Shown here: positions 8,763 through 19,016 of the stretch, piece by piece
How positions within the stretch are numbered: the stretch's first letter is position 1
How the letters are laid out: every line of letters begins with the position of its first letter
Position numbers and translations under genes: made by a program
Source: an uncultured Candidatus Saccharibacteria bacterium
GTDB lineage: Bacteria; Patescibacteriota; WWE3; UBA101185; UBA10185
Assembly: GCA_964385105.1 (NCBI GenBank)
Contig: CAYLMU010000002.1
Span: 250,583 to 314,582, forward strand
Direction: 5' to 3'
DNA: 64,000 nt
The notes under the pieces: generated by a model
What the model was told of the DNA's origin: nothing
What the model saw: only the letters and a program-made list of their open reading frames with translations
Databases searched by the model: none

Positions 8763-9968
8763 TTATTCCCTAATTACAACCTCAGCCACGCCATTCTCTT
8801 CTAACACATCAATCTCCTTATATTCAGGCAACACTGCGCTTCTAAACCACAATTTTTCGTTATTTATAGTGTATAAAACATGAGGAAGCTCATTATCAAG
8901 CTCTGTAAAAGTTTGTGATGCAATATTATATGTGTAAAACCTGGAATCCCCTAAATATAGATAAAGTGATGAATCGGTTTTTTCAACAATCCTCGGGGAC
9001 GTCTCTATTTCAAACGTTTGTAACTCAGCCAGTCTTTTTCCAAATAAGTCATAAACAACATAAGAATAAATATTTTCCAAACGACCGGGATTTTCTTCAT
9101 CAAACCTGATTCTATTGTTATATCCAAGCAAAGATTCGTTATTTATAAAAGCAGTTGCAAATTCACCTCCGGCAGCATATCCATTTTCAAAAGTTGAGAC
9201 TTTTCTTCCCGATTCAATGTCTAAAATAAATTGTGTGCTACCCTCAAGACATCCTTTAGTAATTAATAAAAGTTTTGAGTTTGGGCTTATATCGTCAACG
9301 TAATGGCTTGCACATAAATCATTATATCTAACCAAAAAAAAGTCTTTTATTTCTTGGCTTTCAAGTGTATAAACTCTTATACCATTTGAAGTAATTATTA
9401 ACTGCTTGTCATCAGGAGTAAACGATAAATCACGGAGTTGCATTTCAGTATTAACATTACTTATTCGATAAGCAAGTTTTGTTTCATCTGTTACAAAATC
9501 TTTAATGTAAACAGCATTTCCCCGCTTATTAACAAATAATTCATCTATGCCGGGCATAAAATCACTTTCAAGAATTGAATATGCAATTTTTGTTTTATCA
9601 TTACTTATTGCAAAATACAAAATATCCTCATCTGCCGACAATATAGTTGATATTTTACCGTCATCAACATTTAACATATATATATCGCCATTTTTAATGT
9701 AATAAAAAACTTTGTCTTTATTTAGCATTAACAAAGCTCTGGCATAAGCAGCACAAAATTTGTTCTCACAGGATTTATCAAATTTTTCTATAGGTAAGTC
9801 AACCTTTGCATTTTTTTCTACTGAATATGATGTTATTGGTGCAGCAGCAGTAATTTCAGAAGTATTAATTTCTTTGTTGCTGACATATCTTGAGTAAGCC
9901 ATTGAGATTAAAACTCCGGCTATTACTGCAATTAATAATGTTACACGGGCAATTCCTCGGTTAGTCAC
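8763..9968 (-). CDS. Membrane-anchored beta-propeller (TolB/WD40-like) protein
   Basis: TM anchor; ISNDKTKIAY, FTPDDKQL, ISPNSKLL blades; likely GTG start 6 nt after TACAAT. Confidence 0.65.
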   Translation of the reverse strand: MTNRGIARVTLLIAVIAGVLISMAYSRYVSNKEINTSEITAAAPITSYSVEKNAKVDLPIEKFDKSCENKFCAAYARALLMLNKDKVFYYIKNGDIYMLNVDDGKISTILSADEDILYFAISNDKTKIAYSILESDFMPGIDELFVNKRGNAVYIKDFVTDETKLAYRISNVNTEMQLRDLSFTPDDKQLIITSNGIRVYTLESQEIKDFFLVRYNDLCASHYVDDISPNSKLLLITKGCLEGSTQFILDIESGRKVSTFENGYAAGGEFATAFINNESLLGYNNRIRFDEENPGRLENIYSYVVYDLFGKRLAELQTFEIETSPRIVEKTDSSLYLYLGDSRFYTYNIASQTFTELDNELPHVLYTINNEKLWFRSAVLPEYKEIDVLEENGVAEVVIRE

Positions 9969-10008
9969 TGTTTTATTGTAACGGTAGTGCGTGGTTTTTA
10001 AAAGGTTT

Positions 10009-10545
10009 TTAAATGAATTCTGCCACAACAACCAAACGCTTAGAGTCCATAAAACCGGTGCAAGTGTATAAAGTCAAAATCTTTCCCTCTCTGTCATTTA
10101 AAATGTGCGTCTGGTCGGGGGTTACAACAAATTTATCTTTTATAATAAATTTTCGTATATCTCCGTTAGAAAGCTTAATTGATATTTCATCCCCATTTTT
10201 AATATCATTCAAATTTTTAAGTAAATTTGGCCAATTGTGTCCATAAAAAACACTATTTCCTTCATCACCTGGCAAAACGGTGTCTTTTAAATAGGCTATA
10301 CCATCAGATGTAACCTCCCACTCATGGTTTGTAATCGATGTCTGAATTACCGGTAGACTGACATTTATAGCAGGAATTTCAATGGATACAGGCATAATTT
10401 CACTTGAAACCGTTGTGCCGGTATTAAAATTATAGTAAGAAAATTTTATTTGTCTGTTACGCTGATTAATTAAGTAAAGTGTATATGAAAAACTCAACAG
10501 TGAAGTCACACTCAAAATCACTGTTAAGATTCTTATCTTGTTCAT
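10009..10545 (-). CDS. Sortase
   Basis: TM anchor; IEIPAI, GNSVFYGH, TLYTC, RLVV (His/Cys/Arg triad). Confidence 0.92.
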   Translation of the reverse strand: MNKIRILTVILSVTSLLSFSYTLYLINQRNRQIKFSYYNFNTGTTVSSEIMPVSIEIPAINVSLPVIQTSITNHEWEVTSDGIAYLKDTVLPGDEGNSVFYGHNWPNLLKNLNDIKNGDEISIKLSNGDIRKFIIKDKFVVTPDQTHILNDREGKILTLYTCTGFMDSKRLVVVAEFI

Positions 10546-11168
10546 TTTCGGCTTTTTAGTTTTAGAATTGCAGCTGAAAGCCCTGATACCATAGCAATAG
10601 CCCCTGATGCATATATTAAAGCTGCATCACCTGTTGAAGCTAAGCCTAAAGTGCCACCTCTAACAGTAGATATAGCTCTTGCTAAAATTTCACCATCATC
10701 GTCGTCATCATCTTTTTTAGTGCTTGTACCTCCGGTACCACCTGTTTCACAACTTAAAGTTAAGTTAAACGCCATAAACGGGTCTCGGCTTAAACCCCAT
10801 ACCGAACCGTCGGGAATGTAAATCCATCCCTGGTCTGTTAAATATTCAATTGCATCAATACTTAAACTTGAAACTTTCCACCAGTTAGTCTGAATTCCTC
10901 TTCCATTAGGTGCACAAAAACATTGAACAACTGTTGTGTCAGATAAGGTGTAAACTGTATCTCTTCCTGTGTAAACCCGTGTGTCACCGGGAATTCCATG
11001 AGTACCTTCGCTATAGCTTACTTTTATTGTTCCTTGTGGATTATTACATGTAGGAAATGTGGGTATTACAAAATCATCATTAACTGATTGTGCAAATGAA
11101 GTATTTTGTGACAATAAAGCACAAATTACTATAAAAAGTATTAGATTAATATATTTCCTGCTTTTCAT
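10542..11168 (-). CDS. Secreted protein with sortase sorting signal
   Basis: Signal peptide; C-terminal LASTG + hydrophobic helix + KLKSRK; overlaps the sortase start. Confidence 0.8.
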   Translation of the reverse strand: MKSRKYINLILFIVICALLSQNTSFAQSVNDDFVIPTFPTCNNPQGTIKVSYSEGTHGIPGDTRVYTGRDTVYTLSDTTVVQCFCAPNGRGIQTNWWKVSSLSIDAIEYLTDQGWIYIPDGSVWGLSRDPFMAFNLTLSCETGGTGGTSTKKDDDDDDGEILARAISTVRGGTLGLASTGDAALIYASGAIAMVSGLSAAILKLKSRK

Positions 11169-11233
11169 AAATACTGTTCGGGCAGGAATTTAATGGCTGG
11201 ATTGTATCATACTATAATACAAATTACAACAAT

Positions 11234-12499
11234 TTAATTAATAATCTCAAAAAATAATTTTTGTACTTTAAACAGCACATTTTCATTCTTTTTATTCAAA
11301 ACTACTTTGTACGATTTTTCATCATCACTAAGTAAATACACTTTTCCATAGTATCCGGGTGCTTCAATGTATGCTGATTGGTTATCGTTAAAAATCGGTA
11401 TACGCACTGTATTTGTGCCATTTACATAATTTTTATCAAGTGTTCTAACTGTAACGTCTTTTATTGGATGGTTTATTTTATTGTATGCGGCTAATTCTAC
11501 AAATTCAGGACTGTAGTAATTTTTAATTACTTCAACTGCGGGTTTTGGCGTACCGTCATCATTCCAGATTTTTGTTGAACCACCGTAACTTACCCAATAA
11601 TTCATTCCAACAAATTTTGGGTTTTCTACAAGAAGAGAAATCGCTTCATTGAGCCACTCAGCCTGCTCCTCGTCAGTCATACGCCCATGAATATCAGGTA
11701 CAGGCGCTCCAAATTCACCTAACACAACTTCTCCACCACTTCTTTCACCAATTTTTATAATATCATCGGCCAGTTTTTGAGGGCTTTCAACATAATGGTC
11801 AACTACTACAATTCCCCCCAAAGCTGTAGTAGTTTGCTTATTCATAATTAACTGAGCAACATCCCCATTCATTGAGAAGTAGTTTGATTTAACATCAACA
11901 CCTATTGAGTCAAATGCTTGAGAAGTTACCGCATACTCATCTATTAAGAATTCACGGTAATCTTCAACATCTCCTGTAAATCTTGGGTCACCGGGGCCGC
12001 CGTTTTCACACTCTGGGCATGATGAAAAAATATCGCCATCTCTAAATAAATGTTTATTTTGTAAAATAAATTCTTTTGTTTTGCTTAAATGTTCTTCACG
12101 GGTAATTGGGCTATAATCAAACCATTCTTCCCACCCTGCAAAATTTCCTCTAAACCAAACATTTAGTCCATGCTTTCTTGCACTGTTAACCCATTTTTCC
12201 AAAAAAGGAATAAATTCCTCATCATAAGGCGTTCCTACTGCAACGTGTGTTGCACCGGTTTGAGCAATATTTTTTACATGTTCATCAATTATTAAATCAA
12301 ATTCACTGTTTGATTTTTTTTCACGCGCTAAATCTCGCGAATATTTCATTGTGTCGATTGACTGAATCTCCCAGATTCTGTTAGTAACTTTTTCTGAATT
12401 TACAATATTTTTATGCAAAACCATTAAATTAAGGCTATATAACAAAACTAATAAAAGTAATATAAAAATGGTGTAGCGTAGATTTCTGAATACTTTCAC
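11234..12499 (-). CDS. Membrane-anchored glycoside hydrolase (clan GH-A-like TIM barrel)
   Basis: ARKHGLNVWFR, CPECE (acid/base region), VVLGEFG (nucleophile), GMNYW, PKPA. Confidence 0.65.
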   Translation of the reverse strand: MKVFRNLRYTIFILLLLVLLYSLNLMVLHKNIVNSEKVTNRIWEIQSIDTMKYSRDLAREKKSNSEFDLIIDEHVKNIAQTGATHVAVGTPYDEEFIPFLEKWVNSARKHGLNVWFRGNFAGWEEWFDYSPITREEHLSKTKEFILQNKHLFRDGDIFSSCPECENGGPGDPRFTGDVEDYREFLIDEYAVTSQAFDSIGVDVKSNYFSMNGDVAQLIMNKQTTTALGGIVVVDHYVESPQKLADDIIKIGERSGGEVVLGEFGAPVPDIHGRMTDEEQAEWLNEAISLLVENPKFVGMNYWVSYGGSTKIWNDDGTPKPAVEVIKNYYSPEFVELAAYNKINHPIKDVTVRTLDKNYVNGTNTVRIPIFNDNQSAYIEAPGYYGKVYLLSDDEKSYKVVLNKKNENVLFKVQKLFFEIIN

Positions 12500-12508
12500 T
12501 TTTCCCTC

Positions 12509-14113
12509 CTACTTTTGCTTGCCTAAACTTGGGGTAGTGTTTAGCTGACCTATATATTCAGGCTTTAATTCGTAAATATCTGCAAATGGAAACTTCCCGA
12601 CCAGGTTGTATTTATCAATAGCACCGGATTCTTTAACACCTTTAAATGTTAAATCGTTATCATCGTGAGTTCGCATAATTATCCATCTTGCCCACCTGTC
12701 AGGTAGGGCAATTGCGCTTTCCCAATAAAGGCCTGTACCTTCATGAATAAACTTTTTCATAGGCATTCCCGACGAAAAGATTATGGCGTCATGAGATGCA
12801 GCTGAAATCAAAACAAAACCTTCTTTGTCGGCTGCATTTTCTCTAAGCCATCCGCTAACTTCAGTCACATTTTTTTGACTTGAACCTACTCTTGCATCAT
12901 CAATTGTCACAGCATCATAATTTCCAAAACCGAAAAATATAATTATAAAGATTAACCCTGCCACAACAGCTTTGAGATTTTTCATTTCATACAGCAAAAA
13001 TGTAACAAAAATGGCTATTGAGGGAGCTAACATTATTCCATAACGCACGTTAAACCAGGAAGTTCCAGATATGCCTTGAATAAAAAGTACTGAATGTCCA
13101 AGATAAAGGGCAATCACGTTAAATAAAAGTGGAGCAACCAGTGTCATAAGTGTTACTTTAATGCTTAAATTTATTCTTTTGCTAAACCAAACAGCAATTA
13201 CACCAAAAAATCCTAAAATAGCAGGAATTGTATAAGAATTGTAAAACAAAGCATATAAATACATTTTTGTGGAAAGTATTAAGTTTCCTTTTGTTGGTAA
13301 GTCCCCGGCTGCTTCAAGTTGGGTTTGCTGTGAATGAGCTGAAAACGGCCCAAATGCAAAATATAACGGGTCTTTAAAAATTAATAGATTCCAAACAAGC
13401 CATAAAAATATCCCTAAACCACCCATAGACATATATAACACTGCAGTTCCTTCAATTGCTTTAAAACCTTTTTTTCTGTATGTTTCAAAAACCACAATTA
13501 AAGTTGCAAAAAATAGCAGAAACCATCCATCATATCTTATTAAAGTCGCTAACATTATAAAAAACGAAGAACCTATTAAGTGAATCAGCCTATCGTCTTT
13601 TGTCCATAACAACAAATAAAACGCACCTGCGGTCATTGTTGCTAAAAGTAAAAGTTCAGTCATGGCGGTTGACTGCAAATATAAAACATTTAAATTTGCG
13701 GCAAACAAAAATACACCAAAAATCCTGTAATAAAACGGTATAGAAAGTTCTTTTAAAAACAAATATACTAAGACACCGGTTATAACAAAAGATGCCATCG
13801 ACTGAATTGCACCTGCTAATCCGGAATGCCACATAAAATCAGTCCAAATTGTTGGAATCATTAAAACGTGAGGCAAAGGAAGCCACACCGAACCGATTTG
13901 AGCTATTCCGGGCTTTAGACCTTCTACTACACGTCTTCCGATGTTTAAGTGAGACCTTGCATCGTTATATGCTAATCCAAGCCCATTGTCATAAAATCCA
14001 AGCCAGGCAACTATTGACGTACTCAGTAAGACTAAAACTATTAAAAACACTGCATTCTTTTCAAGATACTCGGTAATTATATTTATTTTCTTATAAGATA
14101 TAGAAATGTTCAT
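12509..14113 (-). CDS. GT-C fold glycosyltransferase (ArnT/PMT-like)
   Basis: YNDARSHL luminal loop, WLPLPH, MTE, LIRYDGW, many TMs. Confidence 0.8.
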   Translation of the reverse strand: MNISISYKKINIITEYLEKNAVFLIVLVLLSTSIVAWLGFYDNGLGLAYNDARSHLNIGRRVVEGLKPGIAQIGSVWLPLPHVLMIPTIWTDFMWHSGLAGAIQSMASFVITGVLVYLFLKELSIPFYYRIFGVFLFAANLNVLYLQSTAMTELLLLATMTAGAFYLLLWTKDDRLIHLIGSSFFIMLATLIRYDGWFLLFFATLIVVFETYRKKGFKAIEGTAVLYMSMGGLGIFLWLVWNLLIFKDPLYFAFGPFSAHSQQTQLEAAGDLPTKGNLILSTKMYLYALFYNSYTIPAILGFFGVIAVWFSKRINLSIKVTLMTLVAPLLFNVIALYLGHSVLFIQGISGTSWFNVRYGIMLAPSIAIFVTFLLYEMKNLKAVVAGLIFIIIFFGFGNYDAVTIDDARVGSSQKNVTEVSGWLRENAADKEGFVLISAASHDAIIFSSGMPMKKFIHEGTGLYWESAIALPDRWARWIIMRTHDDNDLTFKGVKESGAIDKYNLVGKFPFADIYELKPEYIGQLNTTPSLGKQK

Positions 14114-15702
14114 TTTATCTTCCTTTTTACATGTTCTTTACTTAAATAAGCAGAAGTCATGAGTAAAAATGAATAACCTAAAATAGCACCTGAAACACCG
14201 TAGTAATAAGTTCGGGCTTTCAAGTAGTCTGAGGCAAACTCCTTAAAAAACACTGATTTGGAATTTCCGGCCTCAATGAATTCCCAGCTTCTATCATAAG
14301 AATACCTTTCTACTCTATTTGTTAGAGCCTCAAGAGGTAAAGCCTGAACCTTGGGTGGAATAGCGTTAGTTGTCAAAGCCCCCAAAGTATTTACAAAAAC
14401 AGAATATGTAAGTAAAACAGCAAAAGCTAATACAAACACGCTGTTTTTATAATATTTCTCAATTGCAAAACCAATAAAAATGGCCATTATTGCATACATC
14501 GGTATCAAATATCTTGCACCAAATGCCCATCCGCCCCACGGGTCGCCCCACATAGAGTATAAAACAAGATTCATAATCGCTGTTCCAAACAAAAGTGAGA
14601 GATATTTATCATCTCGTTTATAAAGCACATAAATTCCAACTAAGCCCAACAACATAACCGGTGTAAATTTAATTATTCCTCTGTCTGGACTTAAAAGTAA
14701 AATGTACATACCGTTTACAATGTCACGCGGCTCAAATATTTCTAATACATATTTTTCCTGGCTTTCAGGGTTCAAATAAATATCAAGTAAGGTTTCATCT
14801 ATTTCCTCGGTTACTGCGGGTTTTCCGTCGTCACCTATAGCAGCAATACTTGGCACGGTTCCAGACAATTGAAATGGGTTTCCATAAGAATAGTAATTAA
14901 ATAACCCAAATAAAACTACCGGAGCTATAATACCTAAAAATGTTAGTAACATCGCGGGTTTGAATGATATTTCCATTTCATTTTGTAGTTTATTTGTTTT
15001 AAATAAAGTAATAAAGGAATATATTCCAACCGGTAACATTAAGAACAAATTTGGGTTATCTATTGCTACAGAAGCTGCACACAAAAACCAAACAATAAAG
15101 TAAGTGATCCATTTGTCTTTGAATCTAATTAATAAATAAATCGAGAATAATATTAAAAATGTTGAAATATGATGCTGATACAACGTTACTGCATAGGCAA
15201 ACGCCGGTGTTGCAAATAAAAATGTAAAACCTGCTAGAGTTGCAATTTTTTCGTTCAAATTAAAATACTGCAATATTTTTTTGACAAGCAAAAAGTTAAA
15301 AAACGCAAACAATGAAATTACAGCAAATGTTCCGACTTGGGAGTAACCTAATGCTTTTCCTACTATAAATCCCGGTATAACAATTACAGAGACACCCGGT
15401 GCAAATAAAGAAACATACTTATCATTCAAATAACCAAGATCCGGTGCCGTAAAACGTGCTAGTGGAATTTGAAAAAAGAAAGATTTATCTTCTATAAGTG
15501 AGTAGGTTAGCGCAAATCTGCCACGTTCCGGCGAAACCTCAAAAGGGCCGTCTCGCAACCACTCATTGCTCAACAAATCAGTTGTTGTGGGATTTCCTGT
15601 CTGACCTCTTATTGAGAGTGCCAGTACAAGGATTACAAACAATAACGATAATATTGATGCTAAGTTTGATATATTTAATAAACTTAATATTTTCTTTTTC
15701 AT
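14110..15702 (-). CDS. Multi-pass membrane protein, GT-C glycosyltransferase-like
   Basis: More than 10 TMs; SPDRGI, WGGWAFGARYLIP. Confidence 0.7.
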   Translation of the reverse strand: MKKKILSLLNISNLASILSLLFVILVLALSIRGQTGNPTTTDLLSNEWLRDGPFEVSPERGRFALTYSLIEDKSFFFQIPLARFTAPDLGYLNDKYVSLFAPGVSVIVIPGFIVGKALGYSQVGTFAVISLFAFFNFLLVKKILQYFNLNEKIATLAGFTFLFATPAFAYAVTLYQHHISTFLILFSIYLLIRFKDKWITYFIVWFLCAASVAIDNPNLFLMLPVGIYSFITLFKTNKLQNEMEISFKPAMLLTFLGIIAPVVLFGLFNYYSYGNPFQLSGTVPSIAAIGDDGKPAVTEEIDETLLDIYLNPESQEKYVLEIFEPRDIVNGMYILLLSPDRGIIKFTPVMLLGLVGIYVLYKRDDKYLSLLFGTAIMNLVLYSMWGDPWGGWAFGARYLIPMYAIMAIFIGFAIEKYYKNSVFVLAFAVLLTYSVFVNTLGALTTNAIPPKVQALPLEALTNRVERYSYDRSWEFIEAGNSKSVFFKEFASDYLKARTYYYGVSGAILGYSFLLMTSAYLSKEHVKRKIK

Positions 15703-16247
15703 AATCCAAGTGAAAAATAAAAAAACTTCAATTTTTTCTTTTCACACTCTCTAAATGAGTCACCATTAGATTCCATTTTTAACTTCTCATAGGCTTGTTT
15801 GTTTTTTTTAAGAAGTTTGTATGCTCTAATATTCCTTGCGAACATTGGATTATTTGGGCTTACGAGCACAAATTGAATATCACACTTGTTTTTACTTAAT
15901 GACCACTCAATAAAATTCCTTCTACGTTTTTTCGGTAAGCCTAAAATTTTAATCAATCCGGGCAAATACTTATCAAAATCTTTTGGATTACTCACTGCAA
16001 ATAAATCAATATCTCTTTGACCTGCAATTTTAAGGGCCGCAGAGCCAAAGAAATGAATTTTTAATTTCGGGTATAGCTTATGAATCCTGCTAATGAGCTT
16101 ATTTCCTAATTCGGTTACTTTCGGGTCATAAGGCTTTATTTTTACGTATTTATCACTAGGATAAGTATACAAATACAAATATTGCTTTGGCCCTTTTAAG
16201 AACATAAGCAATTCGATATAAATTGTATTTAAAACTTTATCAGTCAT
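15699..16247 (-). CDS. GrpB-family nucleotidyltransferase-fold protein
   Basis: IKPYDP, HFFGSAA...DIDL, YEKLK; start moved to ATG 16247, just after the upstream stop. Confidence 0.75.
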   Translation of the reverse strand: MTDKVLNTIYIELLMFLKGPKQYLYLYTYPSDKYVKIKPYDPKVTELGNKLISRIHKLYPKLKIHFFGSAALKIAGQRDIDLFAVSNPKDFDKYLPGLIKILGLPKKRRRNFIEWSLSKNKCDIQFVLVSPNNPMFARNIRAYKLLKKNKQAYEKLKMESNGDSFRECEKKKLKFFYFSLGL

Positions 16248-16248
16248 G

Positions 16249-17001
16249 CTATTTGTAAAAATACACTTCTTGTTTTGAGGGCGGGATTTGTTTAAATATT
16301 GCATCAAACTGTGACTCATACATTTTCATTAAATGAAGCTTTTTGTTCCAATCTGGCAAAACCTCTTCAGATTTATAATCCGAAACTTTAGCTTGTGAGT
16401 TAACCGAATATGGAAAATCTTCCCAGAAAATGCTTTCGGTTTTCAATGTCTTAATAGCCTCATTTACAACTATATGGTCTATATGATTGCCTATTCCGAT
16501 AGGCGCAAAGATTGTATCAAATTGATAAGTATTCGTCAAAAACCCTATTCTGTCGGCTATAATTTCTATAAGCAGTTTGTCTTTTTTATGTATATTGCCT
16601 TTGATTATATGTAGTCTATAGGTCGGATAAAGTGAATTGATTTCAGGCAATATTTTACCAAGTTCGTAAAGAAAACCTGATGACTGTTTTTGTCTCCACA
16701 AAGCTTCTATAAAACCCAAATTAATAATATTACATCCCATATTTGTTAACACCTTTCGGTCTTCTTCAGTTCGAGCTTTGTATAACTCACCAGCAATTTC
16801 ATAACCACATTGCTTTAAATAAGCTTTTGCTGACAAAGTGTTATATTTATGAGGAGTTTGAGTAAAAACATTTATTATTGTAACTTTACATCCGCCTTCA
16901 ACTAATTTATTAATTAACCCTCCAGCTGAAAAAACTGCATCATCAAAATGAGGGGATACAAAGGCACAGTGACTTTTATTTTTTATTAATTCATTAAGCA
17001 T
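16249..17001 (-). CDS. PIG-L family deacetylase
   Basis: SPHFDDAVFSAGG, R..ED, GNHIDH, EDFPY, YESQ. Confidence 0.9.
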   Translation of the reverse strand: MLNELIKNKSHCAFVSPHFDDAVFSAGGLINKLVEGGCKVTIINVFTQTPHKYNTLSAKAYLKQCGYEIAGELYKARTEEDRKVLTNMGCNIINLGFIEALWRQKQSSGFLYELGKILPEINSLYPTYRLHIIKGNIHKKDKLLIEIIADRIGFLTNTYQFDTIFAPIGIGNHIDHIVVNEAIKTLKTESIFWEDFPYSVNSQAKVSDYKSEEVLPDWNKKLHLMKMYESQFDAIFKQIPPSKQEVYFYK

Positions 17002-18106
17002 TTGCTAAAATTCCTTTTATAAATTTTGTGTATGACTTGGCAATTGCATCCCACGTAAACATTTGCGCGTATCTATTGCCTTCAATTTCAAGAAATTCCG
17101 CATATTTTCTGTTTTTTATAATATTAGATACTGCTTCTGAGAACCCATTTATATCAAAAGGAGATACTTTTACAGCAGTATTTTGTGGTATCCAAGATAA
17201 ACCTTCTATGTCAAAACAAACTATTGGCAACTTATGAGCCATGGCTTCGAGTGCCACCATAGAAAAGGTCTCAAAGCGTGAAGTAATTGCCATACATTGT
17301 GATTCACACAATAACTGTTCTTTTTGCTTTCCTGAAACACGTCCTATTAATTCAACATTATTTTGTAATTTATTTTTTTTGATGAGGTACTTCAGTTTTT
17401 TAATTTCATCACTATGCCCGTCACCGGCAATAATTAGTTTATATGAACTATTTCCATCTTCTACAAACTTTTTGAATGCTTTTATTAACAAGTCCAGTCC
17501 CTTTTGATTAACCTCGATTCGACCCAAATAAAGAATCTGATTTTCTTTTTTTGATTTATTTGAAACTATTTTTTCAATTCCGTTGCTTATTATTTGTATA
17601 TCACATGCAGGATTTATTGATTTGAGCTTTTTTTGCATGTATTCACTAGTGGTGACAATTATTTTATAGTGTTTTAAGCCCAATTTTTCAACTAAATGAA
17701 ATGGAAGCTTGTATTTTCTTTTCATATCTTCTGCTGCAAGCATGTGTACCACACCAACTACCGGTTTTTTAGTGACTGATGGCAAAAAAGCAGTTGTGAA
17801 AGGCGGAGAGAAGCTTTCCATCCATATGTCATATTTTTTTAATTTGCAATGAATTGGCAAAGTTAACTGAAACAGCAATAAACCAAGTCGGGGGGTTATT
17901 AACCTGTGTCCAACCCTTTGATATAAAACTCCATCAATAATCTCAACAGACACACCTGAATGGTTCCAGGTTAAAATTTTTAAATCATATTTTTCATTTA
18001 GTCGTTTAGCCAATTCATGTACAGCAATTGCTCCGCCTCCGCCATAATACGGGTTTTTTATATCATCATATGTTGAAATTAATAGTTTTTTCTTTTTTTT
18101 GTTCAT
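16994..18106 (-). CDS. Glycosyltransferase family 4
   Basis: YGGGGA, YLGRI...QKG, SRFETFSMVALEAMA. Confidence 0.92.
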   Translation of the reverse strand: MNKKKKKLLISTYDDIKNPYYGGGGAIAVHELAKRLNEKYDLKILTWNHSGVSVEIIDGVLYQRVGHRLITPRLGLLLFQLTLPIHCKLKKYDIWMESFSPPFTTAFLPSVTKKPVVGVVHMLAAEDMKRKYKLPFHLVEKLGLKHYKIIVTTSEYMQKKLKSINPACDIQIISNGIEKIVSNKSKKENQILYLGRIEVNQKGLDLLIKAFKKFVEDGNSSYKLIIAGDGHSDEIKKLKYLIKKNKLQNNVELIGRVSGKQKEQLLCESQCMAITSRFETFSMVALEAMAHKLPIVCFDIEGLSWIPQNTAVKVSPFDINGFSEAVSNIIKNRKYAEFLEIEGNRYAQMFTWDAIAKSYTKFIKGILANA

Positions 18107-19014
18107 ATAATCCTAAATAGAAAGGTGATATATTGTTTTGCTTTACCTTGAATTCTGTTTGAACCAAGTGACATATCAAATAAAACACTGTAATACAAGA
18201 AAAATTTGTATTCATCACGATTTTTGGTGTCACTTAATGTTTCAGACAAAAATAAAGCCATTTCAAGTTCATAATCTTTCTCCCACATGCTATAAAACGT
18301 ATTTGCAAAGTCATGAGCTTTAATTGAAATGCAAAATAGCTGAAGGTCTATAATTGATAATTTATTGCCGCTTTTTATGATATTTGATGTATTTAAGTCT
18401 TTATGTACAAATCCATAATCTGTTGTTTTTATAACCTTAGGTGCATGCAGCATCATTTTTAAAAATGATTTCATAATTGGGGCAAACTCAAAAGGATTTT
18501 TCACTACAGCAAGTAAGGCCATAAATGGTGCAAGTAATACAAACTGCTCAACATAACGTTTTTTAAAAACTTCTAATATATAAGCATCATCTTCTTTTGC
18601 AAATTCATATAGTTTATTCAAATAGGTAAAACTCTGCTGAATTGATTTTATCTTCACTTTTATAGGAAGCTGTCTTAAAGTATCACCATTCACTCTTTCT
18701 AATAAGATAAGAAAAATATCTTTGTCTTCGTATGTTAGAAAATGTTTGGGAAATGAAACGTTTGAGTTTTTTATATTTTTGCTTAATTTTAATAAGGCTT
18801 TGTATGCCAGGTCTTCGTTTCTTAGCTCATTAAGCTTATTTTCGTTTAGCTTTTCACACATTTTTGCTATATATTCGTTACCTTCACAGTCAACATATAT
18901 TGCAAAATCATATTTACATTTAATAAGTGCCAGTTGTTCCTGAAGTTGAAAGCTTTCTTCAAGTGTCAGCGGGAAATTATTTGATATTTGTGTTGAATAG
19001 CTTACAAGACTCAT
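18103..19014 (-). CDS. APH/choline-kinase-like phosphotransferase
   Basis: IAK lysine, FVHKDLNTSNII catalytic loop, IIDLQ. Confidence 0.75.
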   Translation of the reverse strand: MSLVSYSTQISNNFPLTLEESFQLQEQLALIKCKYDFAIYVDCEGNEYIAKMCEKLNENKLNELRNEDLAYKALLKLSKNIKNSNVSFPKHFLTYEDKDIFLILLERVNGDTLRQLPIKVKIKSIQQSFTYLNKLYEFAKEDDAYILEVFKKRYVEQFVLLAPFMALLAVVKNPFEFAPIMKSFLKMMLHAPKVIKTTDYGFVHKDLNTSNIIKSGNKLSIIDLQLFCISIKAHDFANTFYSMWEKDYELEMALFLSETLSDTKNRDEYKFFLYYSVLFDMSLGSNRIQGKAKQYITFLFRII

Positions 19015-19016
19015 CT